Shown here in pieces: positions 11,570 through 24,100 of a DNA stretch of 64,000 nucleotides. Numbering within the stretch: position 1 is the stretch's first letter; every line of letters begins with the position of its first letter. The position numbers were made by a program, and so were the translations under genes. The notes beneath the pieces were generated by a model. The model was not told the origin of the DNA, did not search any database, and saw only the letters and a program-made list of their open reading frames with translations. The stretch is from positions 7,688,001 to 7,752,000 of the forward strand of contig NC_058382.1 of NCBI RefSeq assembly GCF_018350175.1. The letters are read 5' to 3'. This DNA is from Felis catus. Lineage: Eukaryota.

Positions 11570-14500
11570 CTGCGGGGAGGTGGGGGGGGGCAGGAAGGAG
11601 GTGGGCTCTGGTCAGCCCAACCGGACCACCGGTGTAGGCAGGGGCCGGGCAGAGCGTGGGGAGCCCCGCCCCTATGCCTGCACTGGGCCTGGCTCCTTGG
11701 TCACGGGACAGAGGCCTGAGGACAGACTTGGCCAAGAGGACACCGGCCAGGGCTCAGGGCGCTGCCAGAGGAGCCGGGCAGTGGGGGCAGCAGACAGGGC
11801 CCAGCTCTGATGAGAAGGCAAGACCTCAGCCCGCGGCAGCCCCCACGTGGGGCCTGGACTGCCTGTCCCCGCCAGGGCCCTGGGAGGGGTGGGCTCCCGT
11901 ACCTGCGGCCTTTTGATGCGCGTATAGGAGAGCAGGGCCTCCACGTACGGCTGCTGTAGGGCCTCCACGCGGCTCGGCTCCTGCACGTTGGGCCGGTCAG
12001 CGGAGAAGATGTTGATGGCGATGAGGAGGGCGTACTCTGCGTCGTCCAGGCCCAGCCGCCGCATGGCCCGGGAGAACTCGAAGATGGGGTTGATGAACTC
12101 CACCTGCAGGCCTGGGGGGGCGGGAGGCGGGGCCGGATGAGCTCCCCCAGCCCCGAACTGGCCCCAGCCCGGGTCCCTGACGCTGCTATCAGCGGGGCGA
12201 GGGACACGGCAGCAATGCTAGCCTTCTGGTCATTTCTGTTCAGCTGTGTCCCCATCCGAGTGGCTGGCACGGGGGCAGTGCGCCCTAACCCCTGCCTGAA
12301 TAAAGGGACGAGTAACGAATGTGAACATTTGTTCAGTAGTTCCTGCGACCTCATCACTGCCTTCACCTCCTTCCCGACCTCCCCGGTTCTCTCCTAACGA
12401 AAAAGAAAGATTTTTATTTTTTCTTTTTTTTTTTTTCTTTTTTTTTTTTTCTTTTCTTCTTCAACGTTTTTATTTATTTTTGGGACAGAGAGAGACAGAG
12501 CATGAATGGGGGAGGGGCAGAGAGAGAGGGAGACACAGAATCGGAAGCAGGCTCCAGGCTCTGAGCCATCAGCCCAGAGCCTGATGCGGGGCTCGAACTC
12601 CCGGACCGCGAGATCGTGACCTGGCTGAAGTCAGACGCTTAACCGACTGCGCCACCCAGGCGCCCCAAAGAAAGATTTTTAAACCTAGGTCACACTGCGT
12701 CACCCCTGTGGTGGCTTCCAATGTTCACAGAGTAAGGCCTGAACTCATCCCCAGGAGTAGTTCATTCATTTGTTTTTCAGACTCTGTTGAGCACCTACTG
12801 TGTGGCAGGCCCCGGGGCAGAGCTGTTTAGAAGACACAGCCTCCCCTCCTGCGGAACTTGCACTTGGGGGTTGAGGGAACACAACAGACAAACGTGTAAC
12901 TAAACCATCCGGTCTGTGAGCTGGATCAAGGTAACACAAGGAAAGGTAATCGGGGCATCGAAAATCAAATCAACATCTTAGACAAGGTGGCCGGTGTGCA
13001 GGGTGACGCTGTAGGAAGGCCACACGGTAGGGTGACCTTTGAGAAACCACCAGGAGGGGAGGGGATGAGTCACGGGGACGTTTTGAGTGTTCCAGGTGGG
13101 CACCACCTGTCTGTTTTTCCCAGGACTGGGCAGCTTTCTGGGCCTTGAGGCTTCCAAATGTTGACACCACAAAGGTCCCATGCAAACCAGGAGGAGGTGG
13201 TCGCCCATGTTGGCTGAGCAACTGCAAAAGCCTGAGGCGGGAGCATGTTTGGTGGGTTCAAGTAAGAGGGAGGAGACCAGTGTGGCCGGAGGAGGGTGAA
13301 CAAAGGGAGCTGGGGGTGGAGAGGCCCCTCGGAGCCTGTGAAAAATGGCAAGGACTCTGGCTTTTCTCCCAGTGAGACGGGAGCCATGCAGGGGTAGCGA
13401 GCAAGAGGAGGGACAGGAGCTAACTATGAATACGACCCTTCCAACCGCTGTATGAACAGACACACTTGGGAGAACCCAGTGAGGGGCCCCGACAGTGTTC
13501 CAGGGAGAGGCACTGGAGGACAATGGCAGAGGATGGGGGGAAGCGGTAGGACCCCAACCTCCTCTCCAGCCTCATCTCCCTGTGTTCCAGATGCCTGGAC
13601 CTCCTTGTAGTTCCCTAACACCATCCAGCTCTTCCCCCACCTCAGGGCCTTTGTATGTGCTGAGCCCACTGCCAGAAACATTCTCCCCGCTCAGTGCTCC
13701 CCTGCCACACTCATATTCAAAGGAGACTGGGAGGGCCAGTGGCTAGAGGAAAGGAAGAATATGGGGTTAGGAAAATAGAGAGGTGGCCCGGGAAGAGATG
13801 ATGGGGGAGAGTTGGACTCACAGAGTGAAGCCCGAGCCTGAGGGAGAACAAGGCTTTTATGGTACATGGGGTTCCCTGGTGGGCATTGTTACCCCCCAAT
13901 TTCCTTTTCCTAGGCAATACATCTCACCCCTCAGGCCTCGGTTCATATGCACTTCCTCCAGAAGCCCACTGCCTAGGTCACATCCCCAGGTAAGTGCTCT
14001 TGGACGGCAGGGACCTACCGCGTACAGTTGCGTAGGTTGCGTACTTCACAATGAACTGAGATCCGGCCTCCCTCCAGTGACACCAGGTTTGGGAAGGAGG
14101 GAGTGTCTTTTCTTAATTCCTATCAAAATGCCCCGTTGTGAGAGCACACACCCCTCTGTCTCATCCCGCACTGCATCCCAGCAGACAGACTCAGCACTCA
14201 ATAAATACATTTTCATCTCGTTTTGAGGCTGGCTCACTCCACTTTGGAGGTAAAAAAATAGAGGCTCAGACAAGAGCGAGATGGCCTCAGGTCTGCCACC
14301 AGTAGAGGCCCGGCAGGGGCACCGGCCCTGCACCCTCCCAGCCCTCTCCCCAGGGGCAACGGCCCTGCACCCCCCCAGCCCTCTCCCCACCATACCTGCG
14401 CGGTGGAAGTCATCCTTGCTGTAGGTGAAGTCTTTCAGGAAAGTGATGCACTCTGTCTCATGGTTGTAGCGTCTGGCTGTCTCTAGCAGCATGATCTGTG

Positions 14501-16805
14501 GGCAGCAGAGAGAGGAGGAGGCAGGGGCGCCACGAGTCCCTGTGACCTGGCAGCCACCGGTCTCTCCTCTCTTGGCCCGTGGGGGGACCTAATCTTGCCA
14601 GAATCACCTCTCACCCCTCTGCCCCCAAGCACGTTCCCTCAGTCACCCCGGCCTGCAGTCAGCACGCCCGACACTCCAAGCTCTCCCTCCTCCAGGTTCA
14701 ACGCCCACAGCACCCTCCTCCCAGGATACTCTCCCCAGGTGGTTGCAGGGCATGGGGACAGGCATGTTTTGTTCACTGCGACCTATCCAGGACTTGGAAT
14801 GGAGCCTGGGGTCCACTAGTAACTCAATACTTATTTGTTACTGTTGCTTTGGTTTAAATGTCAACTCTTCTGAATGGCCTTTTCAGCACATTCTTTAGAG
14901 TGCGTCCTCCCAGCCAATCCTCAATTTTTCTCAGCCTCAACCCGTTTCCTCTCTCTCCTTGGCTCATGGGAGGCTCTGACTCTCTGTTTAGTATTTCGAC
15001 GTCCCCCTGTAGGACATCGTCCCCACGAGGGCAACCACCAGAGGGGTCTCGCTCATCCCTATTCCCCCAACATCCGTCCTGAGGCTTATCCCTGGGGTTC
15101 CCTGTGGGCAGGAATGAAGGGCCATGTTGAGGATGGGAAGGCTGCCCGTTACCTCAATGGTAGATGCCTTCAGGAGGGCAATCTGGTCCTCGCGGCCCAG
15201 CTGCAGGAAGCCAGGCACCTGTTTGGCAAAATCCACAATCTCCTGGACTGAGATGATGGCTAACTCCGTGAAGTGGGCGAAACGCTGCTGGCGTGCATCA
15301 CGGGACTGGGGGTCCGCGCCCAGGGGCCAGGGCTAGGGCCAGGGGGGTCAAGGTTATTCACAGATTCCTCCAATGAGCCCGAGGCCCCTAGGAGAATGCG
15401 CCCTAGGAGACCCTCCTCTCCAAGGCCCCGCCCTCTGGAGCCTTGTTCCCTCCCCATGCCCTGGGCTGCAGCCCTGATGGCTTTCCCCCAACTGGCCTCA
15501 TCACCCTTCAAGGCNNNNNNNNNNNNNNNNNNNNNNNNNNNNNNNNNNNNNNNNNNNNNNNNNNNNNNNNNNNNNNNNNNNNNNNNNNNNNNNNNNNNNN
15601 NNNNNNNNNNNNNNNNNNNNNNNNNNNNNNNNNNNNNNNNNNNNNNNNNNNNNNNNNNNNNNNNNNNNNNCCTCCAGGGGAAGCCCCAGGCCCAGAGGCT
15701 GAGCTGCTGCCACCCGATGGCCCCACAGGTGACTGTTGCTGCTGCTGCTGCTGCTGCTGCTTCCGAATCTTCTTCTTTCGGATCTGTTCTTCTGACAGGA
15801 CGCCTATTCGGGACACAGAGGCCTCAGCGGTGGCCCCGGAGCTGGGCACGGGCCAGGCGAGCACGGCGCCCTCCCCAGCACTCACACTGCTCTCTCATCC
15901 CGGCCTCCTTGCATTTGCGCAGCCGGCACTGCTGGCACTTGCGCCGCATGAAGGCGTCCATCTGGCAGGTTCCGCCGCCCCGGCAGGCGTAGCGCCTGGC
16001 CCCGCCTCGGACCACGCTGCGCCGGAAGAAGCCCTTGCAGCCTTCGCAGCTGAGCACGTTGTAGTGGAAGCCGGAGGCCTTGTCCCCGCACACGCGGCAC
16101 AGCTCGTGGCCCAGCATCTTTGGGGCCGGGCCCTTCTTTCGCTTGCGCTCTGGTTCCTCTGCCGGGTCTGGGACGACTGGGGTGGGCGGAGAGAAGCCAT
16201 GAGAGAGACAGAGCCCCCAAAAGAAACAGCAGCCAGAGGGCCATCCCCACGACACAGAAGACACAAAGAGCCAGTGTATAGGGGGTGACCAGGGAGACGG
16301 CAATTCAGAAGGAAAGATGTGTGAACCCCAAGGAACAAATAACAACAAAAGGTGTCAGGCAGGAAAAAAACACACTCACAGGCAAAGTGAAGGAAAAAAA
16401 GAATAAGAAGTGACAAGAAGAAGCAGAAGAAAAAAAATCAACAAGAAACTGGGGCCTCCCATTCTGATTTTTTATCTTTCTCCCTTCCTAGATCTCCCCT
16501 CAAGGCCCCCCATATCCATCCCGAGCCCCTGTCCCTGGGCCCCATCTCACCCTCGCTGCAGGCTGAACGGGCCCAGTCATCGCCTGGGACATCAGGGTCT
16601 GGACCCACAGGCCACAGTTCAGGACCCTCCTCCTTTATAGCTGGTGAAGAAGAGGGTGCGCTGGGTTGAGGCGGGCCATTTCCTGGGAGAGGGAAGCACA
16701 GTGAGTTTCTCCTGCCAAGTGTGCAATGGGAGAGGGACTGGGCTGGGAAAGGGGTCGCTCACCAGGCAAGGGGGTGTCCAGGGAACTGGTGGTGGGAGTG
16801 GACAT
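11423..16805 (-). CDS. NR1H2: Oxysterols receptor LXR-beta, 8 coding exons
   Basis: Exons 16805-16763, 16682-16551, 16176-15886, 15803-(gap, about 15533), 15332-15153, 14495-14396, 12111-11903, 11569-11423. All visible junctions are GT-AG with consistent phases. C4 zinc fingers [28 protein letters not shown]; LBD ends [12 protein letters not shown]. Confidence 0.98.
11903..12111 (-). CDS. NR1H2: NR1H2 LBD exon
   Basis: [29 protein letters not shown]...KRPQ; 209 nt. Confidence 0.97.
12415..12667 (-). mobile_element. Young felid Can-SINE in an NR1H2 intron
   Basis: Full-length copy flanked by AAAGAAAGATTTTTA direct repeats. Confidence 0.93.
14396..14495 (-). CDS. NR1H2: NR1H2 LBD exon
   Basis: [33 protein letters not shown]; 100 nt. 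Confidence 0.97.
15153..15332 (-). CDS. NR1H2: NR1H2 LBD exon
   Basis: [42 protein letters not shown]...STIE; 180 nt. Confidence 0.97.
15671..15803 (-). CDS. NR1H2: NR1H2 hinge exon (3' end lost in gap 15515-15670)
   Basis: [15 protein letters not shown]9[20 protein letters not shown]. Confidence 0.93.
15886..16176 (-). CDS. NR1H2: NR1H2 DNA-binding domain exon
   Basis: Both C4 zinc fingers; 291 nt. Confidence 0.97.
16551..16682 (-). CDS. NR1H2: NR1H2 coding exon 2 ([22 protein letters not shown]...)
   Basis: 132 nt, phase 1-1, AG/GT bounded. Confidence 0.92.
16763..16805 (-). CDS. NR1H2: NR1H2 coding exon 1 ([14 protein letters not shown]); exon begins at 16824
   Basis: Kozak CCACCATG; donor GTGAG at 16762. 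Confidence 0.93.
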
Positions 16806-17425
16806 GGTGGAGTCACGGAGCAACCTGCAGAATATAGGGGGACTGAGAACCTTGTCGGGCCAGGGAGGGTCAGGTTAGGCCAGCCCCAGGTCTCGAAGGA
16901 TGCACCACTTTCTTCCATCTCTCCAGACTCCTCCTTTACTGCACACAGACCCCACCCCAGGCCCCTGCCGGCCTGTAAAACCTCTCCTCCGATTCTGACA
17001 GACCCCACCCACGATTGCTCCAGATCTTCCGGCTGGGTCTCAAGCCCTGCCCTCACCTAGACCCCGCCCCTCATGTAGGCTCCACCCACTCCGGATCCTG
17101 CCCACTCCCTCTTCAGGTACTGCCCTTTCTGCTTCAATCGTGCTCCGCCCTAACTTCCCCCTTCCCACCAAGTTCACCCTGCCTCCTCTTACTCCCCACC
17201 TCTGCTGAAGAAGCACCCCAACTCCCATTCTGACCCCACCTCCTCCCCATCTTTTCCTTCTAGGTCCCGCCCAACCCTTGTAGCTTGCACCCTCACTCTA
17301 TCCACAATGCCCCGCCCCGCCACTTTGTTGCCCCGCCCCATCGGTACCCCTCCCTCCAGGCCCGGCCCCATCCCCTCCCATCCTGCCCCGCCTCCACCTC
17401 CTCCCATCACGCTCCGCCCCCATAC

Positions 17426-17534
17426 CTCGCTCCAGGTCCCGCCCCTCTCCGAACACCAGTGGGGGGCGGGGCTCATGGCTGCGCGCGAGGGTCCCGTGGG
17501 CCGCCTCTCGCGGGGGTCTCTTACTCCCGTTGCC
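17426..17534 (-). other. NR1H2: NR1H2 5'UTR exon 2 (carries a uATG)
   Basis: tttccag|GGCAACGGGAG...CTGGAGCGAG|gtatgg; resembles the recalled human 5'UTR exon. Confidence 0.8.
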
Positions 17535-17672
17535 CTGGAAACAGCCGGAGACAGCGCGAGCTACGGAAGGGGGGGGGGAAGGAGAGAAAGGGGCTGAGCG
17601 GGGGCAGCGCGGAGAACGCCGGGAAGCCCCGGGCCCGGGACGCCTCCCGCATCTTCCCATACTCTAGTGCAC

Positions 17673-17780
17673 CTGCCTCGGTCCCCTTGCTCTGCTTCTC
17701 TTCCTCCTCCTCCGTAGCCCCTGGCACGCCGCCGCTTCTCGGATCCCCTCAAAAGTAACTTCGCCACTTCTTCCGGCAAC
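17673..17780 (-). other. NR1H2: NR1H2 5'UTR exon 1 (both ends approximate)
   Basis: GGAAGAAGTGGCGAAGTTACTTTTGAGG... resembles the recalled human mRNA 5' end; donor at 17672 (GT) or 17676 (GC). Confidence 0.7.
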
Positions 17781-18070
17781 CCCGCCGTGCGTCACTTTAG
17801 GAAAGGGGCGGGTAGTCTGGAGTGACGGACTTCCGGTCCGCCTAGGACTAGCCAAATCGGCTGCCCCGCACGGAAGTCGTACGGTCACCGGAAGTTTACC
17901 CTCCGGGGTAGCTCCGCTGGGGCCAGACAGAAGAGTTCCGGACCAGCTCGATCAAACGCAGGGCCGGCGAGGGGGGCGTGGTCAGTCCCAAACCTTCCGG
18001 CCCCCACGGAGCGGCTTTAAGTCATCCCAGTGCCCCTCGGTGTTTGCGGCCAAGGATTGGCTCGGCATAA
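17760..18070 (-). promoter_or_regulatory. NR1H2: NR1H2 TATA-less CpG promoter with clustered ETS (CCGGAAG) sites
   Basis: At least five CGGAAG/CTTCCG motifs (about 17770, 17830, 17871, 17888, 17994), a GC box, and ATTGG at 18056. Confidence 0.75.
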
Positions 18071-18633
18071 ATTTCCTCGCCTATAGCTCCTTTTCGCACA
18101 CGGCCGATTTGAAGCATGTTTGTCATTTTTTGGTTATTAAACAAGTTTTCTGATTTTAGAGGCGCGCTGCTTATTGGTTTTAAATAAATTTAATTACAAA
18201 CCTAGATCCAGGAAAAATATGTTTAAAAAATACACTTGTTGATAGGAATTAAAAAAAAAAAAGGCATAGCCTTCTCATACCAAGAAGAGAAAAATAACAG
18301 CTTTTAAAGAAAACTCACAGTAATTGAATAGGTAGAAGGAATCGTTCCAAAGTCTTCCCTCGATAATCTGATCTATATTGATCATACATCCATTTTCAGG
18401 AAACTGGAATGTATGAACCATGCTCTTTTACACTTTGTTTTGTCCATTCCCACATGATCTTGAAGCTGTGGAATTTGAGTATGTTACCAATAAAAGGTGT
18501 GATTACACGGACATGGGGTTCCAGGGAAAGGGCTGAACTATCTATTGTCTCTCACTTCCTGGCTGTGTGATGTTGAGCCAAGCTATTTACCCTCCCCATT
18601 GCTCAGTTTCCTCTTCTAAACTGGGACCAACTA

Positions 18634-19000
18634 GGGGCACCTGAGTGGCTCATTTGGTTAAGCGCCCAACTTTGGCTCAGGTCATGATCTCATGGTTGGT
18701 GAGTTGGAGCCCCAGGTCTAGCTCTGTGCTGACAGCTCAGAGCCAGGAGCCTGGGTCAGATTCTGTGTCTCCCTCTCTCTCTGCCCCTACCCCGTTCTTG
18801 CTCTTTCTCTCAAAAATAAATAAGCATTAAAAGAATTTTAAACTGAGACCAACAAGAGTTCATTGGTATGATTAAATCAGGTAAAAAGCATGAACCGGGC
18901 CAGGTTCAAACAAGGATCCTAGTATGCCAGAACTATGTTTTTTCTTTCTTTATTTTTTTAAGTTTATTTTGAGAGAGAGAGAAAGAGTGAGGGGGCGGGC

Positions 19001-19049
<49 letters not shown>

Positions 19050-20150
19050 AGAGAGAGAATCCCTAGCAGAGCCTGATGCAGGGCTTGAACTCACAATGAG
19101 ACCATGGCCTGAGCCGAAGTTGGACACTTAACCAACTGAGCCAACCAGATGCCCCTTCACTGTGGTTTTAATTTGTACTTCCCTGATGGCTAGTTCTATT
19201 TCTTTTTATCACAGGTAATTTGTAATGTGTAATTCTTTTACTATTCTGAAATGAAATCCAAAAACAATATAGCTGAACTGTGTCCCCAGCAACGAAATAT
19301 CATTTACCTCACCAACTGCAACACAAAAGATGTATAAATGGAAGCTAATTTGTTTTTAAAAAAAATTTTTTTTTAATATTTATTATTTTTGAGAGAGAGA
19401 GACAGACAGAAAGCAAGCAGGGAGGGGGCAGAGAGAGAGGGAGACACAGAATCCAAAGCAGGCTCCAGGCTCTGAGCTGTCAGCACAGAGTCTGAGGCGG
19501 GGCTCGAACTCACAGACCACAAGATCATGACCTGAGCTGTAGTTGGACGCCCAACCGACTAAGCCACCCAGGCACTCCTGGAAGCTAATTTGTAATAAAG
19601 CGATACCTACTTCAACACAGGTGCACAAGAGACACAATATGGCATTCAGATCTTACTTCAAAGGACAGAATTATTGAAAATTTAAAAGCAACAGAGCAGT
19701 CTAACAGAGGAGGGCTGGATCATCAGCTCAAATGCCTCAGGCAACATTGCCGTGGGTGATACAATTTTTTCCAAAATTGTGGCCAAGTCTTAATAAAGTT
19801 ATCAATAAGACAAGGTAGGAATAATTTTGGTATATTCAAAAAAAAAAAATCATGGTACATCAGGAAGTACATCAGGGTGGCTGAAGCTGAGTGAGGTGGG
19901 GGGACAGGGTGCAAGAAAAAACTATACATATATATATATATTTAGATAGATACTTAGATAAACATAGGTATAGATATAGATGATACAGATATATATTTTT
20001 TTTTGGTTGCTTCTTTGGGGAAGGTGCTTAACCAAATACTTGTTGGGGGCGGGGGCACCTGGCTGGCTCAGTTGGAAGAGTACACAACTGGATCTCAGGG
20101 TTGTGAGTTTGAGCCCCACGTTGGGTGTAGAGATTACTTAAAAACATTTT
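18634..20150. mobile_element. Can-SINE cluster (18634-18835 +, 18945-19155 -, 19365-19578 -, 20052-20150 +)
   Basis: SINE heads and tails; (GA)n microsatellite at about 19003-19058. Confidence 0.88.
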
Positions 20151-21174
20151 TTAAAAAGCCTATTGGATTGCAGCAAATTCAGTTGAACGAAGAGACTGGT
20201 TCTTCAAAATTACCAAAACCAGCTCATTAAATATTGTTGTTAACGTAAAAATGTCGTGTGTAGAGTCAACCATTTTTATACCACATACGCTAAGTTTTTA
20301 AGACTTTCAGAAAATGTACGTCGAAATTGATGTGAAAAAAAACAAATGAAACTGTATTATCGGAATTCACGTAAAAGAGACTGATCAGAAATGTTTTCCC
20401 CATACCAAATAGAGGATAATCACAAGGCTTTACATTTCCAGGTTTCGGGCGTGTGGTTTATAGAGTGAATAAATCAGGCGCTAGGATGCTTTAAAAAAAA
20501 AAAAAAAAAAAAAAAAAGGAAGGAAGGGCGGAAGGTTGGCGGGGCGGGGGGGGGGGGGTGAGGGGGCGGCGGCGAACGGAGGTGATCTTGGCTGGGAAAA
20601 CAGGCCCACAGCACCGCCGTGTGGCCATTTGGGAATTTGCAGCAGGATCTTTCAGAAATCCCTTAACCCTGGAGCAAGCAAGAATTGGGACAGGACATCT
20701 GGGTGAGGGGATTCTGAGGGATAGAGATGGAATATTCCAGCTGCTAAAATAGATGAGGGGGAGATGTGGTAAGACTTATCGTAGAGAAACTGATGCTCCG
20801 TCTTCTGGGTCAAGGAAATTCCCTAAAGCAATTGTGCTCAAAGTAGGTTGTTGAAAATACTTGCTGAGCATTTGCTAGATACCAGGCACTGTCCTAGGTG
20901 CTGGGGACGTGGTGACGAATGAAATAAACCAAGATCCCTGCCCTCGTGGAAATAAGATTATAATGGGGAAACAGGCAGTATCACTGATTCTAAGATGCAC
21001 GTGACTTACACCTGATGACATCTTAGAGTTAATTAAATGTTCAAAGAGGTTGAGTGCTATGGGAAAAAATAGGTCAGGGTAAAGGAGATTGGAGATTTGG
21101 GGAGGGGATGGTTGCCATATTGAATTGGGTGGTCAGGGAAGACTTCACTAAGAAGGTGATATTCAAGAAAATAT

Positions 21175-24100
21175 TTTTTTAATTATTTTTTTAACGTTTA
21201 TTTATTTTTGAGACAGAGAGAGACAGAGCATGAACGGGGGAGGGTCAGAAAGAGGGAGACACAGAATCCGAAACAGGCTCCAGGCTCCGAGCTGTCAGCA
21301 CAGAGCCCGAGGCGGGGCTCGAACTCACGGAGTGCGAGATCGTGACCTGAGCCGAAGTCGGCCGCTCAACCGACTGAGCCACCCAGGCGCCCCTCAAGAA
21401 AATATTTAAAGGAGAGAGGCTGATTAGGGTTTTTTGGAGGCAAGACACTTGGGTGGAACAGCCTGTGCAAAGGCCCTGAGGCAGGAGCATGTCTGGGTTT
21501 CTCTGAGAAACAACAAGGAGGCCAATGTGGCTAGGCTGAACGATCAAGGGGGAGAGAGGAGAGAAGATGTCAGAGAGGGGCCAAGTCATAAAGTGCCTTT
21601 CAATTCTGGGATGCCATTGGTACCCCCTGATCCTTTGATCTTCTCTTCTCTTTGCCTCACTTCCTCTCACGTCCTCTCTTCCTTCCTTGGATTCTGTGGC
21701 CCAGCGCAGTCAGGTCCTTGTACACATTACTTTAACTTCCTTGCTCTTTCTCCCTCAGTCCTACTTGCCTGGTTAAAAATGGACTTTGCCTTTCCTGTGC
21801 CTGCTCCCCCCAGCTGAGCTGGTGAGTGGACACACTTCAGCTATGTGAGGGCAAGCCTCCAGTGGACATTCAGAACCAATCTGCAGGGCCTCTGCAGTTC
21901 CCTTCTCTAATCTCTAAGAAAGCGTGTTCTCACCTTCTCTCTCAAAATCTCCAGCACCCTTCCCCTTCTTCATTCTCACTTCTTCTTTGGCAGAAAAAAA
22001 TAGAAGCCACCAGAAGAAGACTTCCGTGCGTTTGCCCCAGGGACACCACGAGCTCACTTGCAGAGGTACAGGTGAACTGCTGCCCTGCTCATGACCGTGT
22101 TGGGACAGCATGTAAGAGGCCTCCCCCTCCCCCCCACTTAGGCACCGGATCCTTTCTCCTTCCCGTACTCAAAACTTTCCCTCTTGCAATGTTTCCTCCT
22201 CTCTCTTGCATCACTGTTTGTGCAACCTTTGAGCCGTTGACCTTCAAGGATTCCCCTTCACCAAACGCCAGCACGTCCTCACGGTGCTGTTGAGCATACT
22301 TCCTGAATCCTGCGTGTGTTGGGCTCACTCCTCTGCCCGAGCTCCCCACCTCTCCCACTTCATAGCTCCATCCGTGAAGATCCCTTCCCTCTAGGCTCCA
22401 CCTACGGGACTTTCTTGCTACAGCTCTCTAACAGAAACCCAAGTTCAAGAGTTGGGGGCCCCAACCATCTTGAAAGCAGATTCTTTAGCGTTAGTGAAGG
22501 CTTTGCACGATGGCCACCTCAGCTGACATCTGTCCGCAACCCCGTGATCCAGAACCGCATGGCCAAGCTGCTTTCAAACTTCTAACCCAGACACCATGAA
22601 AAATAATAAATGTGTATTTCTGTTTTAAACCATTTAGTCCGGGGGTGACTTGTTACACAGCATTAGCTAACTAGTACACGCTCCCGAGTCTGCTTTTCTC
22701 TGTGTCTTTCCAGTCCTTGCAAATGAGGATAGCATTTACAGTGTTATGATACTGTAAGCATTGCCCTGTTTTTTCTGGAATGCGTTTCTATATTTCTTTT
22801 TAACTTTTCTTCTGAGGTAAAACTTCCCTAAAGTAAACCTACCTAGGGGCGCCTGAGTGGCTCAGTCAGCTAAGTGTCTGACTTAGGCTAAGGACATGAT
22901 TTCACAGCTCATGAGTTCGAGCCCCACTTTGGGCTTTCTGCTATCAGCGCAGAGCCCACTTCGGATCCTCTGTCCCCTTCTCTCTCTGTCCCTCCCCAGC
23001 TTGTTCTCTCTCTCAGAATAAATAAATAAACTTTTAAAAACATATAAAGTAAACCTACCCAAGGTGAAATACAAAATCTTAAACGTACAGCTCGATGAAT
23101 TTTTACTGACGTGTTCACCCATGGAACGCCCACTCAGATTGAGGTAGAGAACATCTCTAGCATCCCTCAAAGGCTCCCACGTGCCCCCTCCCAGTCAATA
23201 CCCTTCGCGAAGGATCACCACTATCCCAACTTCTAAGTTGAGGTTGGTTTTGCCTGTTCTTGAACATAATATGAATGGAATCGCGTGTTTTGGCCTGTTT
23301 GGTCTCAACGTTTATAGAGGGAGACACAGAATCGGAAACAGGCTCCAGGCTCCGAGCCATCAGCCCAGAGCCCCACGCGGGGCTTGAACTCACGGACCGC
23401 GAGATCATGACCTGGCTGAAGTCGGACGCTTAACCGACTGCGCCACCCAGGCGCCCCTTGGCCTGTTTGGTCTCAAAATACTGTAGATGGGGTAGCTAAT
23501 AATCATAGATATTTATTTCTCGTGGTTCTGGAGGCTGGGAAGCCCACGGATCAAGGCACTGACTGATCGGGTCTGCTTCCTGGTTAATAGCCTTTTCACT
23601 GTGTCCACACAAGGGTTGGAGGGGCGGAGGAGGTCTCTATGGTCAATTTTCAAAGGGTATGAATCCCATTCTGGAGGGCTCCACCTTCCTGATTCAATCA
23701 CCTCCCCAAACCCCCACCTCTAAATACTTTTACACTGGGGGTTCGTTTTCAACACTGAATTGGAAGGAGGACACAGACATTCAGTCCATACTAGGCACTC
23801 TTCGTTCTTTCACTTATCATTAGGTCTCTGAGAATTACCCATGTCCTGGGGGCGCCTGGCTGGCTCAGTCAGAAGAGCACGTGACTCTTGATCTCTGGGT
23901 TGTAAGTTTGAGCCCCACGTTGGGCGTGGAGATTACTAAAAAAAAAAATAAAGACACAAAGTTTATTTTAAAAAATTACGCGTATCATTGCATAACTTAT
24001 CAGTTCATTCCTTCTTATTGCTGAGTAGTGAGCCACTGAATGGATACCTTCCACAGTATGTCTATTCTCAAGCTCACGAACATACTGGTTGTTTCCAGTT

